Virus record (IMG/VR): IMGVR_UViG_3300025141_010453
Span: 1 to 64,000 of that record
DNA length: 64,000 nucleotides
Reading direction: 5' to 3' (one strand)
Origin: a virus
The notes under the pieces were generated by a model. The model did no database searches. It saw only the letters and a list, made by a program, of their open reading frames with translations, and had not been told where the DNA came from. Positions 37,638 through 47,531 of the stretch are shown one piece after another. The position numbers were made by a program, and so were the translations under genes. The first letter of the stretch is position 1. Every line of letters starts with the position of its first letter.

Positions 37638-39291
37638 AACCATATATTGTAAGATATGTAATAGAGATGTAGAATATTGTACTGATTATGTCGGTGACAA
37701 ACATTCTCTAGTTAAGTTTTGTAATATTTGTGATAGTAGGATAGAGGAGGATTATAAATTTTGTATTCTAGCAGCTGGAAAAGGTAGTAGAAATACTACT
37801 GTAGAAGGTCTTCATAAAGCTTTATTACCATTAGAAAATAAAGCAGTAATTTCTCGTATAATAGACAGTGTACCAAAGGAAATAGAGATAGTAATCGCAT
37901 TAGGGTATAAAGCGGAACAAGTAAAAACTTATATAGAAGAAGTTTTTCCTAAAAGAGATATTACATTTGTAGAAGTAAAAAATTATGATGGTCCAGGTTC
38001 AGGACCAGGATTAAGTTTACTAGAATGTAAAGAACATTTACAAACACCATTTATATTTACTTCAGCTGACACTCTGATAGAAGAGAACTTCATATTTGAC
38101 ACATTAAAAGAAAATTGGCTCGGTACTTCTCATGTTAATATGGAAGATTCTTTAAAATATTGTTTAGTAAAAGGAAGTAAATATTTAGATAGACTATATT
38201 ATGGAACTGGTAATATAGCATATATAGGATTAGCTGGAATATATGATTATAAATCATATTGGAAAAATTTGGAAAACCACAATATCATTAAAGATGAATA
38301 CCAGGTTATTCATGGTTTTGATGAGTTAGATAAGGTAAAATTAGTGAACTTAACATGGTATGATACAGGTAATAATGAATCTTATCTTGAAACAAGAAAA
38401 TCTTTTACTAATGAAGTGGTGGCGATAAAAAATAAAGAAGCTCTTTTTATTGATAATAAAAAAGTAATAAAATACTACGATAAAAAAGATAAGGCTTTAA
38501 AGAGAATTGAGCGAACTAAGTATTTAAATAATTGTTCTCCTAAGGTAATGAAGTTAAATGATAACATGTATTCTTATGAATATATCGATGGTAAAATGTT
38601 ATCTAATATTTGTGATGAACATACATTAAAAAAATGTTTAGATTTTTTCTACGAAACTTTTGGTAAAGACGAATATAATAAAACTAAAAAGTTTGCCCGT
38701 GACTGTATAAGGATGTATAATGAGAAGACCTTTAACCGAATCAAAATATTTGAGGGTACTGGTCTTGATAAAATTAAATATATAAATGGTGTAGAAGTAC
38801 AACCCATCAAAGAAATGTTAAATAGAGTAGATTGGGAAAAGATATACTCTAATGCTATACCAGCTAGATTTCACGGAGATTACCAACCAGAGAATATAAT
38901 ATATACGGGAACTGAGTTTAAACTAATTGATTGGAGGGAATCTTTTGGTGATGATTTAGAAATAGGTGATTTATATTATGATTTAGGTAAATTACATCAC
39001 GCGTTAACCATAAACGGCCAAGAGGTGTTAAAGAATAATTATGGGTATAAAATTAAAAAGGATACATGCACAGTTAATTACAGTATAAAAAGTAATTTAT
39101 TAACTTTACTAGGGTACTTAGAAGATTTCTGTAAAGAAAAAAACTATAACTGGGGTAACGTTGAAATATTAAGTATATTACAGTATATTAGTATATCTTC
39201 TCTGTATCCAGAGTTTCATAATGGAGATTATGGAAGATTCCTATTCTTATTAGGAAAATACCAGCTAGCAAAAAAATTAAATATACGATGA
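37624..39291 (+). CDS. Nucleotidyltransferase-kinase (APH/choline-kinase fold) fusion with N-terminal CxxC pair
   Basis: ILAAGKGSR..KALLPL, WYDTG; HGDYQPENI, LIDWR, YDLGKL; CKIC..CNIC. Confidence 0.8.
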   Translation: MVLNKTIYCKICNRDVEYCTDYVGDKHSLVKFCNICDSRIEEDYKFCILAAGKGSRNTTVEGLHKALLPLENKAVISRIIDSVPKEIEIVIALGYKAEQVKTYIEEVFPKRDITFVEVKNYDGPGSGPGLSLLECKEHLQTPFIFTSADTLIEENFIFDTLKENWLGTSHVNMEDSLKYCLVKGSKYLDRLYYGTGNIAYIGLAGIYDYKSYWKNLENHNIIKDEYQVIHGFDELDKVKLVNLTWYDTGNNESYLETRKSFTNEVVAIKNKEALFIDNKKVIKYYDKKDKALKRIERTKYLNNCSPKVMKLNDNMYSYEYIDGKMLSNICDEHTLKKCLDFFYETFGKDEYNKTKKFARDCIRMYNEKTFNRIKIFEGTGLDKIKYINGVEVQPIKEMLNRVDWEKIYSNAIPARFHGDYQPENIIYTGTEFKLIDWRESFGDDLEIGDLYYDLGKLHHALTINGQEVLKNNYGYKIKKDTCTVNYSIKSNLLTLLGYLEDFCKEKNYNWGNVEILSILQYISISSLYPEFHNGDYGRFLFLLGKYQLAKKLNIR

Positions 39292-39917
39292 AAGACTTAA
39301 TAAGCACCTACAAAAAAGAATCTGCCGACGCCTTTATATCAATTAAAACAGAAGATATAGAAGCATTTGTAGATTTAATTATTGACGCTTATATTAATGA
39401 AAAAAAAGTATTTGCGTGTGGTAACGGAGGTAACGTAGCATCAGTACAAAATTTAGTATTAGATTTAAATATGCATCCATTTGTGTCTGAAGATAAATCA
39501 CAAAGAAAGGGAAAAAGAAATAAGTTTCATGCTATTAGTTTATGTGAGTCAACCGCGGCAATTACTGGAATAGCTAATGACTTAGGTATGGATAATATAT
39601 TTGTAGAACAATTAAAGTATCAAGCAGGAAAGGGTGATATATTATTTGCAATGTCAGGTTCGGGTAATTCTAAAAATATAATAGAAGCTTTAAAAATAGC
39701 TAAAAAATTAGGGATGGTATGTGTGGTAATGACACGAAATAATAACACCAAATCAGACGATTATGCTGACCTTGTTCTCAGAATCACAAGTGATAAATCA
39801 GTATTCCCTGGACAAACAGGAGGGAACAATAATAACTTCCATTATGAAGATTGTATCTCTAAAGTATCACATATCGCAGTAGGAATATTAAAACAATACG
39901 TAGAAAATGAAAATTAA
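39288..39917 (+). CDS. SIS-domain phosphosugar isomerase (GmhA/DiaA-like, divergent)
   Basis: CGNGG, IAND, EQL, GDIL..SGSGNS.NI. Confidence 0.8.
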   Translation: MKDLISTYKKESADAFISIKTEDIEAFVDLIIDAYINEKKVFACGNGGNVASVQNLVLDLNMHPFVSEDKSQRKGKRNKFHAISLCESTAAITGIANDLGMDNIFVEQLKYQAGKGDILFAMSGSGNSKNIIEALKIAKKLGMVCVVMTRNNNTKSDDYADLVLRITSDKSVFPGQTGGNNNNFHYEDCISKVSHIAVGILKQYVENEN

Positions 39918-40683
39918 TCCAAACAAATTAAGAAAATATGTTTTAGATATGGTCTATGAAAAACAATCAGGTCATATAGGAGGTAGTTTTTCATTAGCAG
40001 AAATAATAAAATATCTATATGAAAATTTTAATTTAGTAGAACCAAATAAAGATAAATTAATTCTATCTAAAGGACATGCAGTACCTATCTTATATGCTGT
40101 ATTATATGAATTAGGTTTAATTGACTCTCTTGAAAATTTTAGAGAGGTTGATTCTCCTTTACAAGGACATCCAGATAAGGAAAGATTATCTTTGATACAT
40201 GCTACAACAGGTGCCTTAGGACAAGGGTTGAGTATAGCTATCGGACATTCTTTAGCGTGTAAAGCTAAAGAATTAGATAATAAGATTTTTTGTATATTAG
40301 GGGATGGTGAAATACAGGAAGGACAAGTATGGGAAGCATTCATGTTAGCTCCTAAATATGAATTAGATAATTTAGTATGTTTTATAGATTATAATAAAGC
40401 ACAGAATGATGGTTATGTAAAAGATATCTTAGATATGGGAGACCTACAGTCAAAAATTAAAGCCTTTGGTTGGGAAACATATATTATAGATGGTCATAGT
40501 CTAAAGGATATAGATTATCTATTATCATCATTGAAAAACCGTAAAAAACCAATTTGTGTAATTTTAGATACTATAAAAGGTAAAGGGGTTTCATTTATGG
40601 AAGACCCGGAATGGCATGCAAAAGCCCCCAACGAAGAAGAATATAATAATGCATTAAAAGAATTAGGATATGAAAGCGACTAG
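39907..40683 (+). CDS. Transketolase N-terminal (TPP-binding) subunit
   Basis: GHIGGS.S, LSKGHA, LQGHP, GDGEIQEG.VWEA, TIKGKG. Confidence 0.9.
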   Translation: MKINPNKLRKYVLDMVYEKQSGHIGGSFSLAEIIKYLYENFNLVEPNKDKLILSKGHAVPILYAVLYELGLIDSLENFREVDSPLQGHPDKERLSLIHATTGALGQGLSIAIGHSLACKAKELDNKIFCILGDGEIQEGQVWEAFMLAPKYELDNLVCFIDYNKAQNDGYVKDILDMGDLQSKIKAFGWETYIIDGHSLKDIDYLLSSLKNRKKPICVILDTIKGKGVSFMEDPEWHAKAPNEEEYNNALKELGYESD

Positions 40684-41578
40684 AGATGGGTTTGGTGAAC
40701 AATTAGTTTTATCTGCAAAAGATAACGAAAATATTATAGGTCTTAGTGCTGACCTAGGAAAAGCAACCAAAATAAATCAATTTGGAGCGGTTTATCCAGA
40801 GAGACTATATGAAATGGGTATCGCGGAAAATAATATGATTGGGGTTGCGTCCGGACTTTCAGAATATGGGTATAAAGTATTCTTAGCGTCATTCGCATCC
40901 TTCTTAACTGGTAAATATGATACTATTAGATGTTCTATAGCGTACTCAAATGTACCATGTATCATAGTAGGGACACATTGTGGTATGGCTATAGGAAGAG
41001 ATGGGGTAACCCAAATGGGGTTAGAAGACTTAAGTTTAATGAGGTCTTTACCAGGAATGGTAGTGTTAAATCCATCTACATATAACCAAACTAAGTCAAT
41101 TGTAAAATATTTGTGTGATAGTGAATTAAAAAACCCACATTATTTAAGACTAGGAAGACAACCAGTTGATGAGTATTATTCAGAAGATGTTGAATTCACT
41201 CCAGGTAAAGGAATTGTAGTAAGAGAAGGAAGAAAGGCCGTAGTATTCTCTACAGGTTGTGTATTACCTGATGTATTAGCAGCAACAGTAGATTTAGATA
41301 TAGCAGTTATTGATATGCCGACTATCAAACCTTTAGATAAAAAAATAATAGAAAAATACGGTGATAAACATATTTTTACAGTAGAAGACCATTCAATAAT
41401 CGGAGGTTTGGGTTCGAGTGTAGCGGAAGTCATAGCAGAAGAAGGATTAAAAGGAAAATTACATAGAATTGGTGTTAATGATATATTTCCAGAATCTGGA
41501 TTACCAATAGATTTATATAACAAATATGGCTTAAGTTCTAATAAGATTAAAAAAAGAATATTAAGTGAATTGGGTTAA
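40670..41578 (+). CDS. Transketolase C-terminal subunit
   Basis: GIAENNM, DG.TQ..ED, YLRL, TVEDH..GGLGS. Confidence 0.9.
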   Translation: MKATRDGFGEQLVLSAKDNENIIGLSADLGKATKINQFGAVYPERLYEMGIAENNMIGVASGLSEYGYKVFLASFASFLTGKYDTIRCSIAYSNVPCIIVGTHCGMAIGRDGVTQMGLEDLSLMRSLPGMVVLNPSTYNQTKSIVKYLCDSELKNPHYLRLGRQPVDEYYSEDVEFTPGKGIVVREGRKAVVFSTGCVLPDVLAATVDLDIAVIDMPTIKPLDKKIIEKYGDKHIFTVEDHSIIGGLGSSVAEVIAEEGLKGKLHRIGVNDIFPESGLPIDLYNKYGLSSNKIKKRILSELG

Positions 41579-42215
41579 TAAAGATACCGAACTATATTGT
41601 TCCTTCGCAAAAAAAGCAGGCAATACAGGATGCCAAATGATGAACTCTGCTTTTTATTATCATAAATTAAATAAAATTTATAAATCATTCTCAGTTGATT
41701 CCGTAGGAGAAGCTATAAATGCGGTTAAAACTTTAGATATAAAAGGTTTTGCTATTACTATGCCATATAAAAAAGAGGTGCTAGAATTTGTAGATGATAT
41801 GGAAGAATGTGTAAATTATATAGGAGCAGCAAATACAGTAATAAATACTGATGGTCATTTACATGCATATAATACAGATTATTTAGCAGCAAAGGATTTT
41901 TTGAAAGACTATAATGAAAAGGTTTTCTTTAAGAATCCATATATTCTAGGAGATGGTGGGTACGCCGCTGCAGTTAAAGCAGCATTTAGACATCATAGTA
42001 TAGAACCTACAATAATTACTAGAAAAAACTGGAAGGATATTAAGGATATAGAAGATGGTTTAATATATAATTGTACTCCATCTCAAAATTGGCCAAGAAA
42101 TAAATCAAATACACTAATAGATTGTCAAGTAAATACAATAACAGGACATAAATTAGCTAAAATACAAGCAAGTCATCAATACAAACTGTATACCAATTTA
42201 GAATTTCCTTTTTAA
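41565..42215 (+). CDS. Shikimate dehydrogenase-like protein (SdhL-type N-terminus)
   Basis: NKDT.L..S...N.G, IYK.F, TMPYK, GAANT, YNTD, LG.GG.A, NCTP. Confidence 0.75.
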   Translation: MNWVNKDTELYCSFAKKAGNTGCQMMNSAFYYHKLNKIYKSFSVDSVGEAINAVKTLDIKGFAITMPYKKEVLEFVDDMEECVNYIGAANTVINTDGHLHAYNTDYLAAKDFLKDYNEKVFFKNPYILGDGGYAAAVKAAFRHHSIEPTIITRKNWKDIKDIEDGLIYNCTPSQNWPRNKSNTLIDCQVNTITGHKLAKIQASHQYKLYTNLEFPF

Positions 42216-42217
42216 TT

Positions 42218-42586
42218 ATGAAAAAAAATCCAAGACCAAAAACAATATTTTGTGATATAGATGGGACATTAGTTAAACAGAATGGTAATCTATCTAAACA
42301 ATTAAAAACCCCAATGGAGTTATTGCCTGGTACAATAGATAGGTTAACGGATTGGGATAGGAAGGGATATAATATAATTTTAACTACGGGACGAAGAGAG
42401 TGTATGAGAAAAATGACTGAAGAACAATTGGCTGCCCTTGGAATTTTCTATGACCTATTAATTATGGGTCTTGGTGGGGGAGAAAGAGTTTTAATCAATG
42501 ATAAAAAACCAAATTCTGATGATGAAACAGCATTCGCATTTTCACTAAAAAGAAATCTTGGTCTTGAATTCTTAAAAAACATTTAG
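42218..42586 (+). CDS. Small HAD phosphatase (capsule-cluster type)
   Basis: FCDIDGTL, LTTGR, YD.LIMG, LINDK. Confidence 0.75.
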   Translation: MKKNPRPKTIFCDIDGTLVKQNGNLSKQLKTPMELLPGTIDRLTDWDRKGYNIILTTGRRECMRKMTEEQLAALGIFYDLLIMGLGGGERVLINDKKPNSDDETAFAFSLKRNLGLEFLKNI

Positions 42587-42591
42587 TCTTT

Positions 42592-43242
42592 GTGATTAAT
42601 TTAGAAAATATAACATTAGTATGCATAACATCTATTAAGATTGATAGGGCAATTAAAGCATTAAAATATAGTTATAGAGGTATTAATTTCGGTGAGGTTT
42701 TATTATTTACTGATAAAGAAGTAAGTCTGCCTCCTGACATAAAAACCATAAATATAGCTCCATTAGATTTAGTAGGGTATAGTCATTTTATTGTTTATGA
42801 ATTACATAAGTATATTAATACTGATTATGTGATTATAATTCAAGATGATGGATTTATAGTTAATCCTGAAAAATGGGATAATAAATTTTTAGAATATGAT
42901 TATATTGGTGCTCCTTGGGCGTTACCTCACGATAATTTTTCATTTAGGGACCCTTTTGGGAATATAATTAGGGTAGGTAATGGTGGATTTAGTCTTAGGA
43001 GTAAAAAATTACTTTCATTAGCTACCGAATTAGGGTTAGAATGGAAACCTTATTTTGGTTACTATAATGAAGATGGTTTTTTTACTTGTCACAATAAACA
43101 TATATATGAAAATAATGGTTGTGTTTTTGCTACCTTAGATATAGCTAAATATTTTTCTCATGAAAATATGATACCAGAAGTAGATGGTATAGTGCCTTTT
43201 GGATTTCATGGGAAAACACATAAATATTCCAATTTAATATGA
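42592..43242 (+). CDS. DUF5672-like putative glycosyltransferase
   Basis: IIQDDG, YDYIGAPW, VGNGGFSLRS, NED, FGFH. Confidence 0.75.
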   Translation: MINLENITLVCITSIKIDRAIKALKYSYRGINFGEVLLFTDKEVSLPPDIKTINIAPLDLVGYSHFIVYELHKYINTDYVIIIQDDGFIVNPEKWDNKFLEYDYIGAPWALPHDNFSFRDPFGNIIRVGNGGFSLRSKKLLSLATELGLEWKPYFGYYNEDGFFTCHNKHIYENNGCVFATLDIAKYFSHENMIPEVDGIVPFGFHGKTHKYSNLI

Positions 43243-43994
43243 TAACATTAAGTACAATAATATGGGAAAAGAATTTTGATGATATTTTGTCTCCTGATTC
43301 TTGGTTTTTCAAATTTAGCTCAGATTTAATAACAACTAAATTATTAATAATTAGTAATGTTCCTTCGGTAGATAAAACATTAAAAAAAATAGCTACCTTA
43401 CATCAACACCATAAATTCGATGTAGTATGGGTTAAAGACATAGTAGACGAAGTAAAAAATACATATAATTTATCTATGGATGAAAGTACTGTTGGTTACC
43501 ACTATACTATACCTTTTTTTGTAACACTAGAGAGTACTAATACCAAATTCTTACTTTGTATTGCAAATGATTGTATGGATGATATATTTGTAGATGATTA
43601 TTTCTTAAAACAATCTATAGAAGAATTAGAAACCAATCCTTTATGTTTTACTACCGGAGTTGCATGGAATAAAAATAATGCCTCTGTACCTTTTAATAAT
43701 AAAACTGTAGGGGAACATGAGGAAGATGAATTATTAAAAACACATAAAATAGATACTATGTCCACTAACTTTACTTATTCATTAGGTTTTTCAGACCAGT
43801 TTTGGTTAGGAGCAACCGATGCCTTAAAATCTATTGACTATCATCTAGCTGAATCTTACTCTTCTACATACCACGGACCCACTTACGGTGGTAATTCTTT
43901 TGAAAAAAGATTAGTTGCTCACCATAATTTCAAGAAGGTATATAGATGTATATGTAAAGGTAATCAATATTATATACATGATAAAATAATATAA
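43239..43994 (+). CDS. Hypothetical protein, probably glycosyltransferase-like
   Basis: Operonic in the island; FSDQF and FE.R motifs. Confidence 0.45.
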   Translation: MITLSTIIWEKNFDDILSPDSWFFKFSSDLITTKLLIISNVPSVDKTLKKIATLHQHHKFDVVWVKDIVDEVKNTYNLSMDESTVGYHYTIPFFVTLESTNTKFLLCIANDCMDDIFVDDYFLKQSIEELETNPLCFTTGVAWNKNNASVPFNNKTVGEHEEDELLKTHKIDTMSTNFTYSLGFSDQFWLGATDALKSIDYHLAESYSSTYHGPTYGGNSFEKRLVAHHNFKKVYRCICKGNQYYIHDKII

Positions 43995-43996
43995 TT

Positions 43997-44722
43997 ATGA
44001 ATAAAGAAATTGTAATTGCAGCATATGATAAAGATTTATCTTGGTTATCTACAATCGATGATAATATAAAAAAAACTATATATCGAAAAGGAAATTATAA
44101 ACTAAATGATGGTGAAATTAAGTTAGCTAACGTTGGTCGAGATGTTCATACTTTTTTTAATCATTTATATTTAAACTACGATAATTTATCAGATATAACT
44201 TTTTTTGTTCAAGATTATCCTTTCGACCATTGGGAAGATTTGATAGACGTAATAAATAATGATACTTGGGTTGAACAATGTGCCATAAATATAGGTGGTT
44301 ATTATGGGTTTCATTTTAATACTAACCAACCGAACACCCCTATAAATCTTAAGATGAGTGATGGTTCACCTACACAAATTACTGTAGGTATGATGTGGGG
44401 CCTATCACCATCACAGCAATTTGATTCTGGTAATGTGTTGGTTTGTAATAGAGATGGCACCCCTCAAGATACTAGATTTTTAAATTCCATGAATCTAGAT
44501 GATTCGTGGAATATGTTTTTCAATGGGACCCCACCCACTTATTATGAATTTGTACCTGGAGGGCATTTTGGTGTCACACAAGAACAGGTACATTTAAGAG
44601 ATAAAGAATTTTATAAAAAAATAATAGATATTCTAGAAACTGACATTAATTCACCTTGGGTTATAGAACGTCTTGAATGTTATTTATTTAACCCACAATT
44701 TATAGAGTATGATAACAACTAA
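43997..44722 (+). CDS. DUF3431-like putative glycosyltransferase
   Basis: IVIA.Y..DLSW, L.NVGR..HT..H...NYD.L, FVQ..PF.H, ER. Confidence 0.7.
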   Translation: MNKEIVIAAYDKDLSWLSTIDDNIKKTIYRKGNYKLNDGEIKLANVGRDVHTFFNHLYLNYDNLSDITFFVQDYPFDHWEDLIDVINNDTWVEQCAINIGGYYGFHFNTNQPNTPINLKMSDGSPTQITVGMMWGLSPSQQFDSGNVLVCNRDGTPQDTRFLNSMNLDDSWNMFFNGTPPTYYEFVPGGHFGVTQEQVHLRDKEFYKKIIDILETDINSPWVIERLECYLFNPQFIEYDNN

Positions 44723-45620
44723 TTTAACTGGTAATCTAGGAAATCATATGTGGCAATATGCTGTATGTCGAACTATTGCAGAAAAGCTAGAGTATGACTG
44801 GGGAATAAATCCTATTCCTAGTCATGATTATTTCAACGGTAGTAACCAAATGGCATTTATGGATGTAGATTTTGGTAAAGAAATTAATGGTATAGTTAAT
44901 GAATATCATGAGCCCTGGAAAACTTTAAATCATATAGATATGGTAAATATAACAATGTTAAACCCTACATTATATGAAATAACAGATAATACTATTATGT
45001 TAGGGGATAATGGAGCTAAGGGAGGTATATACCAATCTGAAGATTACGTCTTAGATAGGAAAGACGATATTAAAAAATGGTTTACTATTAATTCTACCCA
45101 TAAAACTAAATATGATGAGAAATTAAAGGAATTAGGCGTGACTTTAGATGATAATACCTGTATTATTAATTTTAGAGGAGGAGAATACCGAGGTATCCCT
45201 AATGTGCTACTTAGAAGAGAGTATTGGAGGGACTCTATAAATCATATGATTGGGTTAAACCCTAATATGAAATTTTTGGTTATTACTGATGACCCTACTA
45301 CGGCTTCACAATTCATGCCTTTTGAAATTAGGTGTATTCATGTGGATGTAGGTTTTGATTATTATTGTGTTAATCAAGCAAAATGGTTAATTATCTCTAA
45401 CTCTACTTTTGGTTGGTGGTGTGCTTGGTTAAACGAGGGATGTATAAAAATTATAGCTCCTAAGTATTGGGCGAGACATAATATTAGTGATGGTTATTGG
45501 GCAACAGGTGACGCTTACACCTCATGTTTTAAGTATATGGATAGAGAAGGTAATTTATCTGATTTTGAGACATGTAAATCCGAAGCATTAAATTATTATA
45601 AATTAAAAAATATTATTTAA
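44709..45620 (+). CDS. GT11 alpha-1,2-fucosyltransferase-like
   Basis: GNLGNHMWQYA, FRGGEY, ISNSTFGWW.AWL. Confidence 0.85.
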   Translation: MITTNLTGNLGNHMWQYAVCRTIAEKLEYDWGINPIPSHDYFNGSNQMAFMDVDFGKEINGIVNEYHEPWKTLNHIDMVNITMLNPTLYEITDNTIMLGDNGAKGGIYQSEDYVLDRKDDIKKWFTINSTHKTKYDEKLKELGVTLDDNTCIINFRGGEYRGIPNVLLRREYWRDSINHMIGLNPNMKFLVITDDPTTASQFMPFEIRCIHVDVGFDYYCVNQAKWLIISNSTFGWWCAWLNEGCIKIIAPKYWARHNISDGYWATGDAYTSCFKYMDREGNLSDFETCKSEALNYYKLKNII

Positions 45621-45621
45621 C

Positions 45622-46485
45622 ATGGGAAAAATATACGATTGTTTTAACTTCTTTAATGAACTAGACCTTTTAGAAATGAGATTAAATATTCTATATGATT
45701 ATGTAGATTATTTCGTGATAGTAGAGTCTACAGTGACCCACTCGGGACAACCTAAACCTTTTTATTTAGAAGAAAATAAAGAAAGATTTGCTAAATTTGC
45801 AGACAAAATTATAAGTTACAAAGTAAGTGACACACCTAATGATTTTATGAATTTACCTAATACAGGATTTTTTGATTCTGAATTAGATAAAATCCAGGGA
45901 TATATTCGTACACAAACCAATAGATTTAATAGGGCTACTCAGATAGATTACGGTAGAGATTTCTTCCAAAAAGAATCAGTTAGAAGAGCATTAGTAAATT
46001 GTGATGATAACGATATCATTATTATTTCAGATGCTGATGAAATTCCTAACCCAGAAATACTAAAAGAACTAGATACTCTTGCCTTAGAAAACACTATATA
46101 TTCTTTAGAACAACCAATGTATTATTATTATTTAAATGTGTTAAAAGATAACAACTGGTGTGGTTCCAAATTAGGATTATATAAAAATATAAAAAAATTA
46201 TCTTTCAATGAAATTAGAGGAGATGAATCATTAACAACCAAACTAGTTAATGGTGGGTGGCATTTTAGTTTTATGGGTGGTGAAGAGATGGTAAGAACAA
46301 AAATAACTTCTTATTCTGCAAGAGATTTAGCAAATGAACATGTATTAGCAAATATTAAAACAAATATAGAGAATGACCAAGACGTATTTTTTAGAGGTGC
46401 ATTAACAAAAGTAGATATAGATGAGAGCTATCCTACACACATTCTAAATAACTTAGACAAGTATAGTAAAATGATTAAAAAATAA
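45622..46485 (+). CDS. GT17-like glycosyltransferase
   Basis: DCF.FFNELDLLE.RL, FVIVES..T.SG..K, SDADEIP, GWHFSF. Confidence 0.85.
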   Translation: MGKIYDCFNFFNELDLLEMRLNILYDYVDYFVIVESTVTHSGQPKPFYLEENKERFAKFADKIISYKVSDTPNDFMNLPNTGFFDSELDKIQGYIRTQTNRFNRATQIDYGRDFFQKESVRRALVNCDDNDIIIISDADEIPNPEILKELDTLALENTIYSLEQPMYYYYLNVLKDNNWCGSKLGLYKNIKKLSFNEIRGDESLTTKLVNGGWHFSFMGGEEMVRTKITSYSARDLANEHVLANIKTNIENDQDVFFRGALTKVDIDESYPTHILNNLDKYSKMIKK

Positions 46486-46491
46486 AATATT

Positions 46492-47274
46492 GTGATAATT
46501 TCTAAAATACTAGGAGGCCTAGGGAACCAAATGTTTCAATATGCATACGCTAGAAATCTATCAATAGTAAATGGTACTAATTTCTATTTAGATACCACAT
46601 TTTATAATAACCAAACAGGGGTCACACCTAGAGAATTTACTTTATCTAAATTTCCTAATATTACTATGAACTTAGATATCCCCCAATCTTTACCTTCTTT
46701 AACAACAATAACAGATAATTTTATATATGACCCAAATAATATCCCCACAGAAAATTCTTTACTAAGTGGGTATTGGCAAAGCGAGAAATACTTTAAACCA
46801 TCTAAAGATGTTATAATTCAGGATTTTTCACTAGATTCTATAACACACAAAAAATTAACCACAAAATACCCAAAAATTAATGGTAATAATATATCATTAC
46901 ATATTAGAAGAGGGGATTATCTACACCAAACTGATTTTCACCCAGTACAGAGTATAGATTACTATAAAAAAGCTTTAGATATATTAGGTGACTATGACAA
47001 TATTTTTGTGTTTTCGGATGATATACCGTGGTGTAAGGATAATCTTACTTTTAATAATATGGTATTTGTAGAAGGTAATGTAGATATTGAGGATTTGTGG
47101 TTGATGTCTTTATGTGAGAAAAATATAATCGTTAACTCCTCTTTCAGTTGGTGGGGTGCTTACTTAAATACTTCTGAAAATAAGATGGTGGTCACGCCTA
47201 GTCAATGGTTTGGTCCTCGTGCTGGTTTAAGCGCGAATGATATCATACCGGATGAATGGCATAAAATTAATTAA
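46492..47274 (+). CDS. GT11 alpha-1,2-fucosyltransferase-like
   Basis: GGLGNQMFQYA, GYWQSEKYF, HIRRGDY, FSDD, NSSFSWWGAYL. Confidence 0.9.
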   Translation: MIISKILGGLGNQMFQYAYARNLSIVNGTNFYLDTTFYNNQTGVTPREFTLSKFPNITMNLDIPQSLPSLTTITDNFIYDPNNIPTENSLLSGYWQSEKYFKPSKDVIIQDFSLDSITHKKLTTKYPKINGNNISLHIRRGDYLHQTDFHPVQSIDYYKKALDILGDYDNIFVFSDDIPWCKDNLTFNNMVFVEGNVDIEDLWLMSLCEKNIIVNSSFSWWGAYLNTSENKMVVTPSQWFGPRAGLSANDIIPDEWHKIN

Positions 47275-47285
47275 AAAAATAAATT

Positions 47286-47531
47286 ATGAATTTTAAAAAA
47301 CTTAAAGAACTAACTATACAATACCCAAATAATCAAGAATTGGCTGAGGTAATAAGAAATATGGTACGAGATGAAGAAGAAACTGTACTTAATACAGATT
47401 CTCCTTATATTTACGAAAGGAATCCTGATACTGGAGAAATTTTTAGAAGAAAGTGTGGTGATTATGATTCCCCTAGGGAGTGTATCAATCCAGAAATAAA
47501 CTCAGTACCATATATAAAATATGAAAAATAA
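47286..47531 (+). CDS. Hypothetical protein
   Basis: 81-aa operonic ORF. Confidence 0.55.
   Translation: MNFKKLKELTIQYPNNQELAEVIRNMVRDEEETVLNTDSPYIYERNPDTGEIFRRKCGDYDSPRECINPEINSVPYIKYEK

Noticed and set aside
39907-42215. Transketolase and shikimate dehydrogenase as central-metabolism auxiliary genes
   Set aside because: Operon context is nucleotide-sugar synthesis, with no other pentose-phosphate or aromatic-pathway genes in the window
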